Positions 9,605 through 20,400 of a stretch of DNA of 64,000 nt are shown piece after piece. Every line of letters starts with the position of its first letter. The stretch's first letter is position 1. The notes beneath the pieces were generated by a model, which saw only the letters and a program-made list of their open reading frames with translations, did not search any database and was not told the origin of the DNA. A program made the position numbers and the translations under genes. The DNA is from an uncultured Candidatus Saccharibacteria bacterium (GTDB taxonomy: Bacteria > Patescibacteriota > Doudnabacteria > UBA920). The stretch is taken from NCBI GenBank assembly GCA_964416765.1, contig CAYQEU010000002.1, forward strand, positions 14,877 through 78,876. Direction: 5' to 3'.

Positions 9605-10621
9605 TTATTTTTTTTGGGTTCGGGGTTTGCGTGTTGGCTTGTTCTGTTCCAATAGTTTTGCCATGAACCAGCGATTATATCGCCTGATCCCGTAGGTCAA
9701 CGCGAATATTACCAAGAAGAGTCCTAGAGCTATAAGCCCCACTAATTTATATGGAATAACCCAAAAACTAGTTTCAGCCCGAACGACCTGGCCCGAATCG
9801 CCATAGACCAATTCCACAGAGGCGGTATAACGGCCAAAAGCAAACTTGTCGGTCCAGGAACTTTCAAAAAGCCTTTCGCTATTCGGCAAAACATTGCTAC
9901 CATTCGGGTTCACCAGCGTGGTCCCAACCTTTTTCCCAAACATGTTCTTTATGGTAATGCTGCCCCGGGGCTTAACGTGAACGTTACCGGTGTTATGGAA
10001 GCGGGTGCGCAAGGTAACGGGTGCGCTTTCATAAACAGAGTGGGCCGGACGGAAGCTATTAATATTCCCTTCTTCGTTCGTTTTGCCCAGCTTGACCAGG
10101 ATAATAGCGGCAATCTTCTGGGATACTTCCACCGCGCTCCCCTCAACTTTAGGGGCAGTAAAGGCAAACTGGATAGAGCCATAATGGCCTCCATCCTCAG
10201 CATCGGCAGGGGCGGTAATAGTAAAGTCTATTTGGGTTTTTTCGTGAGGCTTTAAACTTAACTTAGGGTTGTTTTGAACTTTAAGCCACTTGGATAGGGC
10301 ATAAGTCTGGTCCCCTTCACCTGGTTCGTAAAAAATTTGCTGACCGTTATCACCGCCAGCAGTAAAATCCTTAATGGAAATATCAACCGGCAAAGTACGG
10401 TCCGTAGTGTTGGTCACCTCGATTGTATCCTTAAGGGTTTGTCCCCGTTCCATCTGCCGTTCCAAAATAAAGGGCGAAACGGAAAGTCCCTGGACGGGCC
10501 GGCCCGCGGCGTCGGTCTGAGCCAATGCTGAATTGGCAGACACAAACAACATACCCAATGAAGCGCAGAGAGCCAAAGCAATGGCGACTACCCGTTTCAA
10601 ATTATGGAGGTGAATTTTCAT
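9605..10621 (-). CDS. DUF916/DUF3324-like (WxL-interacting) protein with C-terminal TM
   Basis: Signal peptide; GLSVSPFILE...IEVTN; FTITAPADAEDGGHYGSI; FHNTGNVHVKPRGSITIKN; FGRYTASVELVYG; FWVIP then TM and basic tail. Confidence 0.75.
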   Translation of the reverse strand: MKIHLHNLKRVVAIALALCASLGMLFVSANSALAQTDAAGRPVQGLSVSPFILERQMERGQTLKDTIEVTNTTDRTLPVDISIKDFTAGGDNGQQIFYEPGEGDQTYALSKWLKVQNNPKLSLKPHEKTQIDFTITAPADAEDGGHYGSIQFAFTAPKVEGSAVEVSQKIAAIILVKLGKTNEEGNINSFRPAHSVYESAPVTLRTRFHNTGNVHVKPRGSITIKNMFGKKVGTTLVNPNGSNVLPNSERLFESSWTDKFAFGRYTASVELVYGDSGQVVRAETSFWVIPYKLVGLIALGLFLVIFALTYGIRRYNRWFMAKLLEQNKPTRKPRTQKK

Positions 10622-10649
10622 CTAATTAAAAAGTAACTTAATTATACCA

Positions 10650-11759
10650 TTAATATAGAGCGGAGGTGACATAACTGATGACATTTTGGTAGTCACCCGG
10701 TGGCTGCAAACCTTCCACCTCAACTTTAAATACTAAACTCGTCGATTCATTTGTAACTGGTCCGGTATTGCACGCAATTTCAGTTGGAGTTGTGGTGAGG
10801 GCGGCAAAAGTATCATTTATGGAAAACCGATTAGTGGTGCCCGTGCATAAAAGTGAGTCGGTAGTGTGATAGCCAAAACGCCCATCGGTTATGGAAAGCG
10901 GCCAGGCTGCTGGGGATGCATTGGTGGCTGAAACAGCGGGAATGGTAGTACCGTTGGTTTTGCGCAACGCACCGTCCTGGGTAATTGTAGTAGTGTAACC
11001 GGTAACAGCGTTTGTGCTGACGGTCACGGTTTGCGCCCCAATCTTAATACTGCCCACGGACAACTGGCCGAACGGTACCGTGGTGGCCGTCGTCGTCACA
11101 TTGGTCGTGGTACCGGCCACGCTGGTTCCTGAAGATACCCCGGCGACCGTCATAGTCAAACTTGGGTTGCTGGTTGTGGCGCTGGCAATATTGGAATAGC
11201 CCGACTCGTTGTTCGGCCCTAAGCGCGCTTTCACCTTTATTTTATAGGTAGTGTTGGGGGACAGGCCAATCAAGCGCTCCCCACTGCCGCTGCCCCAGCC
11301 GGCGTAGTCCTGCCAGACTTCAGTGGCGCTGGTAATGGTATCATCCGCTTTAACAAATGTGGTGGTGGTAAAATTATCCGATGAAATCGCGATGGCAAAC
11401 TGCGTATCGGAGGCGTTGCCGCCCGTGGCAATAACAAAATCCAAATTAGCGTAGAGCGTACTCCCGGTGTTGGTAAGCGTGGGCACACCGGGCACACCCG
11501 GGAAAATGGGCGGGATGGCTCCGCTCTGGACCTGGTAGTTAGTAGAGTTCGAGGTTCCCGATGCGGTACCGGTGGCATCTTGTGCCCGGTAGGTCGCGGA
11601 GTTTCGGTTACCGCCGCCAGTGGAAAACGACGGGTTTTCAATTTGGTAATTGCCGCTCTGTAGCACCAACGCAAAGACGACCTGCGGGTTTAGAATTATG
11701 GTTGCCAATATTACCAGAGCGGTATATAAGGTTGTGTACTTTTCGGTTTTGTTTCTCAT
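10650..11759 (-). CDS. secreted protein with FN3-like and C-terminal WxL-like domain
   Basis: Start moved to MRNKTEK (11759); signal peptide (VFA); GLSPNTTYKIKVKAR FN3 motif; TVPFG...TVSTNAVTGY...PGDYQNVISY C-terminus. Confidence 0.75.
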   Translation of the reverse strand: MRNKTEKYTTLYTALVILATIILNPQVVFALVLQSGNYQIENPSFSTGGGNRNSATYRAQDATGTASGTSNSTNYQVQSGAIPPIFPGVPGVPTLTNTGSTLYANLDFVIATGGNASDTQFAIAISSDNFTTTTFVKADDTITSATEVWQDYAGWGSGSGERLIGLSPNTTYKIKVKARLGPNNESGYSNIASATTSNPSLTMTVAGVSSGTSVAGTTTNVTTTATTVPFGQLSVGSIKIGAQTVTVSTNAVTGYTTTITQDGALRKTNGTTIPAVSATNASPAAWPLSITDGRFGYHTTDSLLCTGTTNRFSINDTFAALTTTPTEIACNTGPVTNESTSLVFKVEVEGLQPPGDYQNVISYVTSALY

Positions 11760-11817
11760 TCGCGAATAGGCAAAATGCGCATTAATACTACCATAAACTA
11801 ATGATATAATAAACATT

Positions 11818-12528
11818 ATGAGGGCCACGAAAAAAGAAACAAAAACCAAAAAACCTAACGTCACAGCTTTTGACCCAAACCTGTCACTGTACTGGTCGCG
11901 GCGCAGGTTAGTGATCACAATCATGGTGTGCGTGGCGCTGAGCCTGTTCGCGGTATTCACTTTTCTCGTTATCGCCCAGTACCGCAAGATTGAGGACGCG
12001 ACGGAAACGAGCGGACCGGAAAAAATCGCCGCACCCGAATTTAAGCATTATGCCAACCAGTACTGGGGTGTTGAATTCGACTATCCGGGCAAATGGACCC
12101 AGCCAATCGGCTCATACCAAGACGGGGAGTATTATTTTTCATCCGAACCCATCAACTTCATCAATGAATTAGAGGCCGGGGAGGCTATAATAGCCCTTAA
12201 GACCTATAATAACTGGAAAGGTCTCTCCTTTGGCGATTGGTTCGGGGAAAACCGCTACCTGTTCTTGCCATCGGGTGAGCTTAGCGCTCCGCGAGCTGAA
12301 ACCGTAGCCGGCGTACCAGCCCAGAGGTACACGCTTCGCCTAAGCAAGCCCCAAAATAATACCGCAGTGTGGGATATCCTATTGGTTTCCCGCAACCAGG
12401 CCACAAAGTATTTCTTTGCTCTGGAAGCTGACAACGATGACAATTTAAAGAAATACCAGCCTGTGTTTGATACGCTCCTTACTTCCCTGGCTTTTACCAA
12501 AGTCGGCAACAATCCCAACGGACAATAA
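11818..12528 (+). CDS. membrane-anchored protein, PsbP/Mog1-like fold suspected
   Basis: N-terminal TM; YANQYWGVEFDYPGKW; TVAGVPA; VFDTLLTSLAF, all typical of PsbP-like domains. Confidence 0.65.
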   Translation: MRATKKETKTKKPNVTAFDPNLSLYWSRRRLVITIMVCVALSLFAVFTFLVIAQYRKIEDATETSGPEKIAAPEFKHYANQYWGVEFDYPGKWTQPIGSYQDGEYYFSSEPINFINELEAGEAIIALKTYNNWKGLSFGDWFGENRYLFLPSGELSAPRAETVAGVPAQRYTLRLSKPQNNTAVWDILLVSRNQATKYFFALEADNDDNLKKYQPVFDTLLTSLAFTKVGNNPNGQ

Positions 12529-12626
12529 TAATTTACAAATCACCCGTTTTATGCTATACTTAATGGGTAATAATTACTTTTCCCACAAGGGAAATCCAGA
12601 AATAAACAAAAAATTAATAAATATAG

Positions 12627-13925
12627 ATGAAAATCTCCCTTCGAAGCCCGTTTAAGTTCGTTTCCGCGGTTTTAGTGGTCTTTTTGTTGGCCATGATCGC
12701 GCAAAAAGTCGCCCAAACCAATGCGGTCGGGAACATGACGCTATCAAAAGACACGCTTTCCAATTCCCGCCCCAGCGTTAGCACCACACTCGGTGCTGGC
12801 GTAACGGCTGGCGATACCGCCATTACCTTGGCTTCTTCCACGGGGATTTTGGCTGGGGATGTAATTACCCTTGCCGGTGGTACCCCGGAAAACCTAACCG
12901 TAGCCACAGTCACGGACGCAACCCACGTTGCCACTACTACCGCAGCAGCTAATGCCCACTCTAACGCCACAGCCGTCTATGACAAACAAACCTCGGTACA
13001 TACCTTTAGCTTTACTACCCGCTCCGCTGTTGCCAGCGGCAGCTTCCTTATAACTTTCCCGGTAGCCGGCTCCAACCAAAACGATGGTGTGCCAGATGCC
13101 GTGCACCAGTATGACTTTAACTCATTAGCTGGTACCGACGTTTCCGTTACTGGCTTTACCGCTGGAACCAAAACCATTACCGCTTCGGCCGGTACCGTAA
13201 GTATTGCCTTTTCCAGCTCTATTGCCGCTTCCACGGCAATTACTATTACCGTTGGTAGCACCAACAAACTATTAAACCCGCAGAAGAGCGCTTCTGCCGG
13301 TACTGCTGATATCGACGCCATCCGCGTGGACGAAAAGGATGCCAATGGCGTGGTAGATACTTCCAGCGTTGATGTAGGAATTATCGAATCACAGGTTATT
13401 ACCGTAAGTGTGTCCCCGACTTTGAGCTTCACCATTGCCGGCGTCGCTTCCGGCCAGACCGCTTTCGGCGCGACAAATACCAACGTAACTACTACAGCTA
13501 CAACGGTACCATTCGGCTCTATTAGCACCGCCACTCCATATTACGCGGCACAAGACCTTACAGTTAGCACCAACGCTGTGAGCGGATATAACGTAACGGG
13601 ATTCGAAGACGGCGCCCTGCGCAAAACCAACGGTACTACCATAACTGATTTCTCTACTACTCCTGGTGACAACAACGGTAACGATGGATTCGGCTACTCC
13701 GGACGTTCTACTTCCGGGACTGACTGTTCGGTGGTATACAATACTTCAGGCTCATTCTACTCCCGCGGCTTCGGTACTTCCGGTACTCCTGGCGGAGTTA
13801 TGACTAACGCTGGCCCTGTTTCCGGTTCTGTCTGCCGCGTTATCTACCGCGTGAGAGTCCCCGCCACCCAGGCTCCTGGAGACTACCAGAACGTAGTCAC
13901 CTACATCGCCACGCCGAGCTACTAA
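12627..13925 (+). CDS. secreted Thr/Ala-rich protein with C-terminal WxL-like domain, paralogue of 10650-11759
   Basis: Signal peptide; TLSFTIAGV...TTTATTVPFG...TVSTNAVSGY...DGALRKTNGTTI...PGDYQNVVTY; own promoter (TGCTATACT near 12552) and terminator. Confidence 0.8.
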   Translation: MKISLRSPFKFVSAVLVVFLLAMIAQKVAQTNAVGNMTLSKDTLSNSRPSVSTTLGAGVTAGDTAITLASSTGILAGDVITLAGGTPENLTVATVTDATHVATTTAAANAHSNATAVYDKQTSVHTFSFTTRSAVASGSFLITFPVAGSNQNDGVPDAVHQYDFNSLAGTDVSVTGFTAGTKTITASAGTVSIAFSSSIAASTAITITVGSTNKLLNPQKSASAGTADIDAIRVDEKDANGVVDTSSVDVGIIESQVITVSVSPTLSFTIAGVASGQTAFGATNTNVTTTATTVPFGSISTATPYYAAQDLTVSTNAVSGYNVTGFEDGALRKTNGTTITDFSTTPGDNNGNDGFGYSGRSTSGTDCSVVYNTSGSFYSRGFGTSGTPGGVMTNAGPVSGSVCRVIYRVRVPATQAPGDYQNVVTYIATPSY

Positions 13926-13948
13926 TGGCGCTCCTCCAAACCTTCGAT

Positions 13949-13978
13949 ACCGCCCCACCTTCCGTGGGGCGGTTTTTT
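13949..13978 (+). terminator. intrinsic terminator
   Basis: ACCGCCCCAC-CTTCC-GTGGGGCGGT followed by a T run. Confidence 0.9.
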
Positions 13979-14015
13979 ATTTCTTCTCTTCCCTCGCGGT
14001 TGCTATACTTAACTT

Positions 14016-14462
14016 ATGGAAACCAAAGACAACGCCCATTTCTATATAGTCGCCGCCAAAGGCTGGATTGAGAAAGACGGGAAGTTCCTGCTGGCCCGCC
14101 GTGGTCCCGAAGAACTCCATATGCCGGGTGTCTGGTCACTGCCCGGGGGCAAAGTAGAAACCACGACTGAAGAGGCTCATGTAATAGAAAAAACGCTCCA
14201 GAATGAAATAAAAGAGGAAGTTGGCATAGATGTGTCACTAGACATGAAACTCATCTATAATAACTCGTTTTTGCGCTCTGACGGCAACCTAGTGGTAGGG
14301 TTAACTTTCATTTGCCAGTATATTGGCGGCAACCCGCAACCCCTGGAGGACACAACCGAACTGGCTTGGTATACTCTGGATGAATTGAAACAACTATCGG
14401 GCATAGAAGAATTTCTGGTGCGAGAAATCCAGATTCTGTCCGACGCGCTGAAAGACAAATAG
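14016..14462 (+). CDS. NUDIX hydrolase
   Basis: LLARRG...PGVWSLPGGKVE...EIKEEVGI Nudix box with a short insertion. Confidence 0.9.
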   Translation: METKDNAHFYIVAAKGWIEKDGKFLLARRGPEELHMPGVWSLPGGKVETTTEEAHVIEKTLQNEIKEEVGIDVSLDMKLIYNNSFLRSDGNLVVGLTFICQYIGGNPQPLEDTTELAWYTLDELKQLSGIEEFLVREIQILSDALKDK

Positions 14463-14473
14463 TATATAACATA

Positions 14474-14502
14474 GAAAAAGCCCGGCTACAAACCGGGCTT
14501 TT
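14474..14502. terminator. bidirectional intrinsic terminator
   Basis: AAAAAGCCCGG-CTACAAA-CCGGGCTTTT between convergent genes. Confidence 0.85.
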
Positions 14503-14538
14503 ATAATGAAGAATTGATATTGAATGGTGGCCGAAACT

Positions 14539-15810
14539 TTAACCTGCCATCCATAGCAGACACGCTAGCATGACCACGAAGGAGCTGTTAGCAATCATGC
14601 CCAGGTGCTGTATCTTGTAGTGCACCCCAATGGACACGGCCAGGAAAGTCATGAGTGCCACGATGCTGATGAGATAGAAGTTAAACTGGAAAGTATTGGT
14701 ATTAACCGTGTGTCCAAAGAAGTTCACGGAAGCACCCTTAACTGAAGGGGCAGAAAAGCTGGCTTCCAGAGTTGGAGCTATGCTGGCCAAGCGCGCGGTA
14801 ACAGTCTTGCCATTTATGTCGTAGGCAGTCAGGGTAACCGGTCCCGCAACCGGGGCGTATGAAGGCAGCACCATTTTCCAATTCCCATCGCCCGTTGGAT
14901 TCATCATGTAGGAATTTAAGCCGTAGGTGGCTATTACTTTTACCGCCCCTTGGCCCGCCGAAGTGGTAATGGTCAGCCCGGAATTTGTGGGCAAAATAAT
15001 TGAATTGCTCAGAGCCAGGGACGAATTAACTGCAGGGGCTGCAGTACTCGCGGCTGCTGCCGGTTGTTGCGCTGACTTGGCGGCAGGTAGCGCAGGCTGC
15101 TGGGCTTGGGCTACCGGGGCAGTTGCCGGAGCCACTTGGGTAGGCTCAGCCAGGGTCTTAACCTGAGGAGTGGAAGGTGTACCAAACATTTGGACTACAA
15201 AAATAGTATCGGCTCCCTCAAAGGTGCCTTCACTAATACCAATACCAATTTCCTCAAAATTGCGGTTTAAAATATTGGCGCGGTGGCCGGGAGAATTCAT
15301 CCAGGCGTCCTCAACGGTTTCCGCTTGGGTAAAATGTACAGCCAAGTTTTCACCGGCAGCCAGATAGGTGTAACCCGTGCCTTTGATCCAGTACCAGGGG
15401 TTATGGCCATCGGGGCTGTTGTGGGCAAAGTACTGCTTTTTTAACATATCATCCGCCTTGGCCTGCGCGGCCTTGGCGAGTTTAGCGTTATAGGTGAGGT
15501 CTTTGAGCCCATATTCCTGGCGGGATTGGTTAGTTAAGGCAATAACAGTATCTGAGGTAATAGCCGATGCATCAGCTATTTGGGGGCTAAGAGTAAGCAC
15601 TGGCAGGGCGATTGCGGCCACTTTGACGCTGATAAGCAGCAATGAAAAAAGGCCCAACACCCGGTGCCCTAAGACATGTGGGCGAAAGTCGTTGCCGGGG
15701 TGCGGAACTAAGTGGTCGTGAATAGAACGACCCAGTCGCGCGAACGTCGGAAACAACTCCCCTGTTGGTGAGCCTACAGATATAGCTAATTGACCTAACG
15801 CGTATTCCAT
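14539..15810 (-). CDS. CAP (SCP/Tpx-1/PR-1) domain membrane protein
   Basis: LTNQSRQEYGL...AQAKADDM...YFAH...AGENLA...WMNSPGHRANIL...EIGIG; N-terminal PHPGNDFRPH plus TM; two C-terminal TMs. Confidence 0.92.
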   Translation of the reverse strand: MEYALGQLAISVGSPTGELFPTFARLGRSIHDHLVPHPGNDFRPHVLGHRVLGLFSLLLISVKVAAIALPVLTLSPQIADASAITSDTVIALTNQSRQEYGLKDLTYNAKLAKAAQAKADDMLKKQYFAHNSPDGHNPWYWIKGTGYTYLAAGENLAVHFTQAETVEDAWMNSPGHRANILNRNFEEIGIGISEGTFEGADTIFVVQMFGTPSTPQVKTLAEPTQVAPATAPVAQAQQPALPAAKSAQQPAAAASTAAPAVNSSLALSNSIILPTNSGLTITTSAGQGAVKVIATYGLNSYMMNPTGDGNWKMVLPSYAPVAGPVTLTAYDINGKTVTARLASIAPTLEASFSAPSVKGASVNFFGHTVNTNTFQFNFYLISIVALMTFLAVSIGVHYKIQHLGMIANSSFVVMLACLLWMAG

Positions 15811-15812
15811 TG

Positions 15813-15965
15813 TGTTTTTGTTTCGGACAGAGAACTAAGGCTTAATTTTGAGCCTTTTGTTCAGGGGATAAATTGTCTTTTGGTTTCAAAAAAGCAGAAC
15901 GATTTTGGTTCTACTTTCATGACTTATTACATATATATTATAGCACATCTAAAAAATAAAATCAA
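15813..15965 (-). promoter_or_regulatory. sigma70 promoter plus tandem conserved leader element, copies B1 and B2
   Basis: TTGATT-17-TATAAT; hairpin with CAAAATC loop (15890-15918) plus GAAACCAAAAGACA; hairpin with CAAAATTA loop (15832-15862) plus GAAACAAAAACA (15813-15824). Confidence 0.7.
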
Positions 15966-15989
15966 GGACCCAAAGCGGTGTCCGAGAAA

Positions 15990-16199
15990 CTATTTCTGCG
16001 AGGTGCTGTTGGTATTCTTGGCAGGAGCCTGTCTCATGACATGCTGCGCGGACAAGAAGGCAGTATCGGCGCTGTCCTGGGTATTGGTGACCAGGATGTA
16101 ACTGACCAGTGATACCCCGCTGACTATGAGGATTACCACGGTCCAGATAAACCAGCGTGGATCGTATGTTTTTGTTTCCAGTCTTTTTACGGCTTGCAT
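15990..16199 (-). CDS. small single-TM protein
   Basis: 69-aa ORF with one TM helix, preceded by TGGTATAAT extended -10. Confidence 0.65.
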   Translation of the reverse strand: MQAVKRLETKTYDPRWFIWTVVILIVSGVSLVSYILVTNTQDSADTAFLSAQHVMRQAPAKNTNSTSQK

Positions 16200-16232
16200 A
16201 TTAAGCGTTTTATTAACACGGGTATTATACCA

Positions 16233-16263
16233 TAAAAAACACCCCTTGAATAAGGGGTGTTTT
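16233..16263 (-). terminator. intrinsic terminator after the RRM gene
   Basis: AAAACACCCCTT-GAAT-AAGGGGTGTTTT. Confidence 0.85.
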
Positions 16264-16286
16264 AATCTTGTGGATTAACTAAACAA

Positions 16287-16559
16287 TTATTCCTGGCGAG
16301 GAGCGCGAGGAGTCATTGGCTTAGCTTCGCTAACAACCAAGTTGCGGCCATTGTAATCCTTGTTGTTAAACATGGAGATGGCGGAGTTGGCTTCGTCTTG
16401 GTTGTCGAATTCTACGAATCCGAAACCGCGGCTGCGGCCGGTCATCTTGTCGAAGATGACGTTAGCGGAGGTCACGTTGCCAGCTTGGGCAAACAAGGCC
16501 TGGAGGTCGTCGTTGGTAGTTGCCCAAGGCAAACCGCCGACAAATAACTTAGTAGCCAT
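16287..16559 (-). CDS. RNA-binding protein, single RRM domain
   Basis: RNP2 LFVGGL and RNP1 RGFGFVEF. Confidence 0.96.
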   Translation of the reverse strand: MATKLFVGGLPWATTNDDLQALFAQAGNVTSANVIFDKMTGRSRGFGFVEFDNQDEANSAISMFNNKDYNGRNLVVSEAKPMTPRAPRQE

Positions 16560-16765
16560 TATATATAGGCTTTCTAGCGCGGCCCATCTTCAACCTACGC
16601 TTATATTTCTAAAGGAGTTAAATGTACTGACTTTGGAACTTAGCTCTTTTGAAAAGAAAGCCTAATTCTACTAGCTGACACATTAACTGTAAGATGGTAG
16701 CACCATTATACATCAAAACGCCCCAGAACGCAAGGGCTCTGGGGCAATAAAAGGCTTAAAACAGG

Positions 16766-17308
16766 CTATTTATTGGAGTTTGTGGCCGGTTTGTTGGCGT
16801 TGCCACTTCCCGCGGCGTTGGAATTGGCGTTGGCGGGCTTTTTGGTGTTGGTATCGCCCGAGGGGCTGCTGCCTGTGTCTCCAAGGTTAACCGGAGCAAC
16901 TTCCTTTATCTTATTAAGCCTCTCGCTGAACAAAATGGCTTTCTTTGCTTGGGTGTAAATGAGGACCTTGTCGCCCACTTCCGCGGTGGCAAAGAAGGGC
17001 TGGTCCTTTAACGCTTCCAGGTCAGATACCGTGGCTATGGTCGGGGTTTCATCCGGCAGTACAATCAACTTGCCGACCTTGTCGAGCAACTCCTTGGTTT
17101 GGTCTTCGGTGGCTTTTTGCGGATTGGCCTTTAAGTCATTTAATTGCTGGCTCAAGGTTTGCACCCGGCGGTACTGCATGGCAAAGAAAATCGCAGCGGC
17201 CAACACTACCAGGATTACCAAGATCCAGGGGAGCATTCGCACGCCGCTCGCGCGTTGGACGTTGTCACCCGCATCGGACATTGCTTCATTTTTTTCTGTT
17301 TTTGGCAT
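16766..17308 (-). CDS. single-pass membrane protein with LLDKVGKLIVLPDETPTIATV motif
   Basis: TM, short coiled coil, conserved-looking globular segment, low-complexity Asn/Ser tail. Confidence 0.75.
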   Translation of the reverse strand: MPKTEKNEAMSDAGDNVQRASGVRMLPWILVILVVLAAAIFFAMQYRRVQTLSQQLNDLKANPQKATEDQTKELLDKVGKLIVLPDETPTIATVSDLEALKDQPFFATAEVGDKVLIYTQAKKAILFSERLNKIKEVAPVNLGDTGSSPSGDTNTKKPANANSNAAGSGNANKPATNSNK

Positions 17309-17414
17309 TTGTTTCTTTTAGGACTAATTACCTAATAATGGTAACAAAATATTCGGTCACTTTCAACCATTTTACCTATCCTAACTTGTAATAGCGCGTC
17401 TCGTTAGAATGGAA

Positions 17415-20400
17415 TTACGGGCTGGCGCTGCCGCCACCGCCACTGCCGCCACCGCCACCTGAAACGCCGCCGAAAGTTACTGTGGGCGCTGAGGTGTAAT
17501 TCATCCCGCCATTAGTAACATTTATCGCGGTAATCACATCGCCGGTCAGTACCGCCACAGCAGCTGCGCCCGTCCCTCCCCCATCGATAAAGTTTACTAC
17601 GGGGGCAATACCATAACTACTTCCTCCACATACCATGGTAACGGAAGTCACATGGTCCCCGGTGAGTATTGCTATTGCTATGGCGCTATTGCCACAGATG
17701 CCACCATTGCCGTCTGAACTGCCCCCGCCGGAGGAATTGCCGCTGCTGCCGCTGCCGCCTCCAGTGGGACCCCCGCCGCCGCCGTAAGAAACAAAGCCCC
17801 AACAGCTGCCATTATTTCCAATATTCACCAAGGTACCGTCATTGGTTATTGTAAATACTCCGCTGCAGCCGCTATCTTGCACGGAAAGATAAGAAAAGGA
17901 TGCAGTACCTGAAAGATCCATTAACCATTGCTGGCCCGGCGTATCTGAGCTTAAGGCTATAGGTCTTCCGGAAGTTCCCGTGACGGTTATACTATTTGCA
18001 AATGTGTAAGTCTTTCCGGCTTTAAATGTAAGAATTGAATTATCCGTAGTATCCGCGAAGTCATAAAAAGTTGTATCTGAGCTACCACCAACACTAGCCA
18101 CTCCTGTGGTACTGTTCGGTATTATAGTCACGCTACCATTGTTATGCGTAAACGTGCCGCTATTGCTAAGGTTCCCGGTAACAGTTAGGTTTGCCGGCGC
18201 AACAAATGTCCCGTTTGATATAGTTAATTCTCCGCCAAGGGTCGTTACTCCGGTTAAGGTGAGGGTACCGCTGCCAAGTTTGGTAAGACCAGCTGCTGAG
18301 CCAACCGTTCCGGCGAAGCTTACATCATTCCCATTGGTATCAATTATGGCTGTTTGGGTTAGCGTTACGGCTCTGTTAACAGGGGAAGTGATGTTGCCGG
18401 ATGCCTGCAAGGTTCCGCCATTAAAAATCAAAGTGTTGTTAACACCCCCGCTGCCCAGAGCAGCAGTCGCGTTTGCGACAATTGTGCCACCGCTGAGAGT
18501 TAGACTTCCTGTGAACGTATTGGCCCCAGAAAGCGTAAGAGTACCAGCACCGTCCTTAGTTAAGGTGCCGCTCGTAGTAGCAATGGCCCCGGTAATGGTG
18601 GTATCGCCCGCACCGCCAACAATTAGACTGCGCGCGTTGCCCGAAACTGAGGGGATAGTGAGTGACCCGCTGTCCGAATTTACACGAACCCCGGAAGAAC
18701 CAAGCGTTAGGGTTGCTTGAATAGCATTAGTATCACTAATGTTCCGTATCGCGCCAACATTATTTACTCCAGTACCGTTAGCAGTTATCAATTTGGTGCT
18801 TGGCAGGGTAATATTGCCCTGCAACTCCATTACCGCGCCTGATGTAATTGTTGTGGTAAGCGTGGTGCCGGACGCTCCCAACGCGTTGCTATTCTGCAGG
18901 TTGAGGTAGCCAGCGCTTAAAGCAATAGAAGTGCTCGTAAATGTATTGTCAGCGGATAAAGTAACCCTGCCCCCGGTGGTTTTGGAAATTCCTGCGGCAA
19001 CTGAACCTCCCAGTCGGGCGCTGACTAGGCCGCTTTGCAGGGCCGCGGTACCTGTTGTGGTCAAAACCGCGGTTGTTCCACCGGAATCTATTATTTGCCC
19101 GTCAGTTTGGAGGGTTATTATGCCGACGCTGTCGGAAATATTATTTAAGTCCAGAACTCCATTTACAACTGTTACGGCTCCGGTAGAAAGCATATTGGCT
19201 ACGCCATACTGCAAGGTTCCACCGCTAACAGTGGTTAACCCAGTGTGCCCCTGAGCGGAGGTGAACACAAGCGTGCCTGGGCCTGACTTGGTAATTGGCG
19301 CCGTTGTTACGGTTCCCGCTCCGCCCCAAGTGAGAACGGTACCCGGATTGGTAATGTCAAAGGTTGCGGCGATAGCGTTGGTGGTGGTGTAGGAGCGGTC
19401 AGTTGAAGCAGAACCGCCAGTATATTGCAGCGTTCCTACGGCTGTGTTAAATACGATATTGCCCGCTGCATTACTGGCTTGGCCAAGGTTGCCGGCCACG
19501 CCTCCGTTTCCAATAGTGCTGACACTTAAAGTTCCACCACTGATTGTGGTTATCCCGCTGTAAGTGTTAGTTCCGGCCAAAGTTACGGTCCCAGTAGTCG
19601 TCTTGGTCAAGTTTACAGCCCCTGCCAGGTTTGCGGTAATAGTGCCACTGGCCACTGCGTAAGAGCTTCCGGTAAAGGTTCCAGAACCGATGATGAATCC
19701 GCTGGTTAACGTTAATGTACCCAGCGTATCAGTGTAGGACTGAATATCCAGGGTGCCTCCCGCCACTGTTACCGCCGCCGAATCATTTATGATATTACTT
19801 GCCAAATATTGAACTGTGCCGGCATTAATAGTCAGCGTGCCCGTATTAGCAAATGTTTTGCTCAAAGTCAGTGAATCACCAGTACTCTTAGTCATGGCGA
19901 TTGCCGTGCCGCCCAACACCCCGCTAATACCACCGCCATAAAAAGTGTAGGCCGTGCCAGTAAGGACTCCCGGTGTACCGTTGCTGTCAGTAATCGTGCC
20001 GCCGTTTTGTATCGTTATGGCACCCACACTGTCAGTGTTACCATTGATATCAAGTATGCCACCGGCCACAGTGACAGCACCGGTGTTAATTGCGTTGGAG
20101 GTGCCATATTGTAAAGTCCCGCCGTTAATACGTGTTAAGCCGGTAGTGGTAGATGATCCGCTTAAAATTAAAGTGCCCGAGTCCCATTTAGTTAAAGTTG
20201 CTGAGGTCGCTGACGCCCCAAAAGACCCGGATATTGTAGTGGGACCACTGCCTCCCACTCCTAAGTTAATGGCGTTGGCTATCGTAACTGTACCAGTGAT
20301 ATTGATTGTCCCGCTGCCGTTGTTTGTAATGAGCGAGTTCGTGCTAACGGTCATGGCGCCGAAGTTATTATCGCTTCCGGCCGAACTGATTAAGGCCCCT

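Noticed and set aside
11760-11987. 76-aa N-terminal extension of the 445-aa ORF
   Set aside because: Overlaps the divergent gene at 11818; a signal peptide follows the ATG at 11759.
16167-16178. GAAACAAAAACA in the 69-aa ORF and GAAACAAAAACC near 11837, both read as ETKT
   Set aside because: Inside coding sequence with no CAAAAU hairpin upstream. They show the tail alone can occur by chance, so they were not counted as motif copies.
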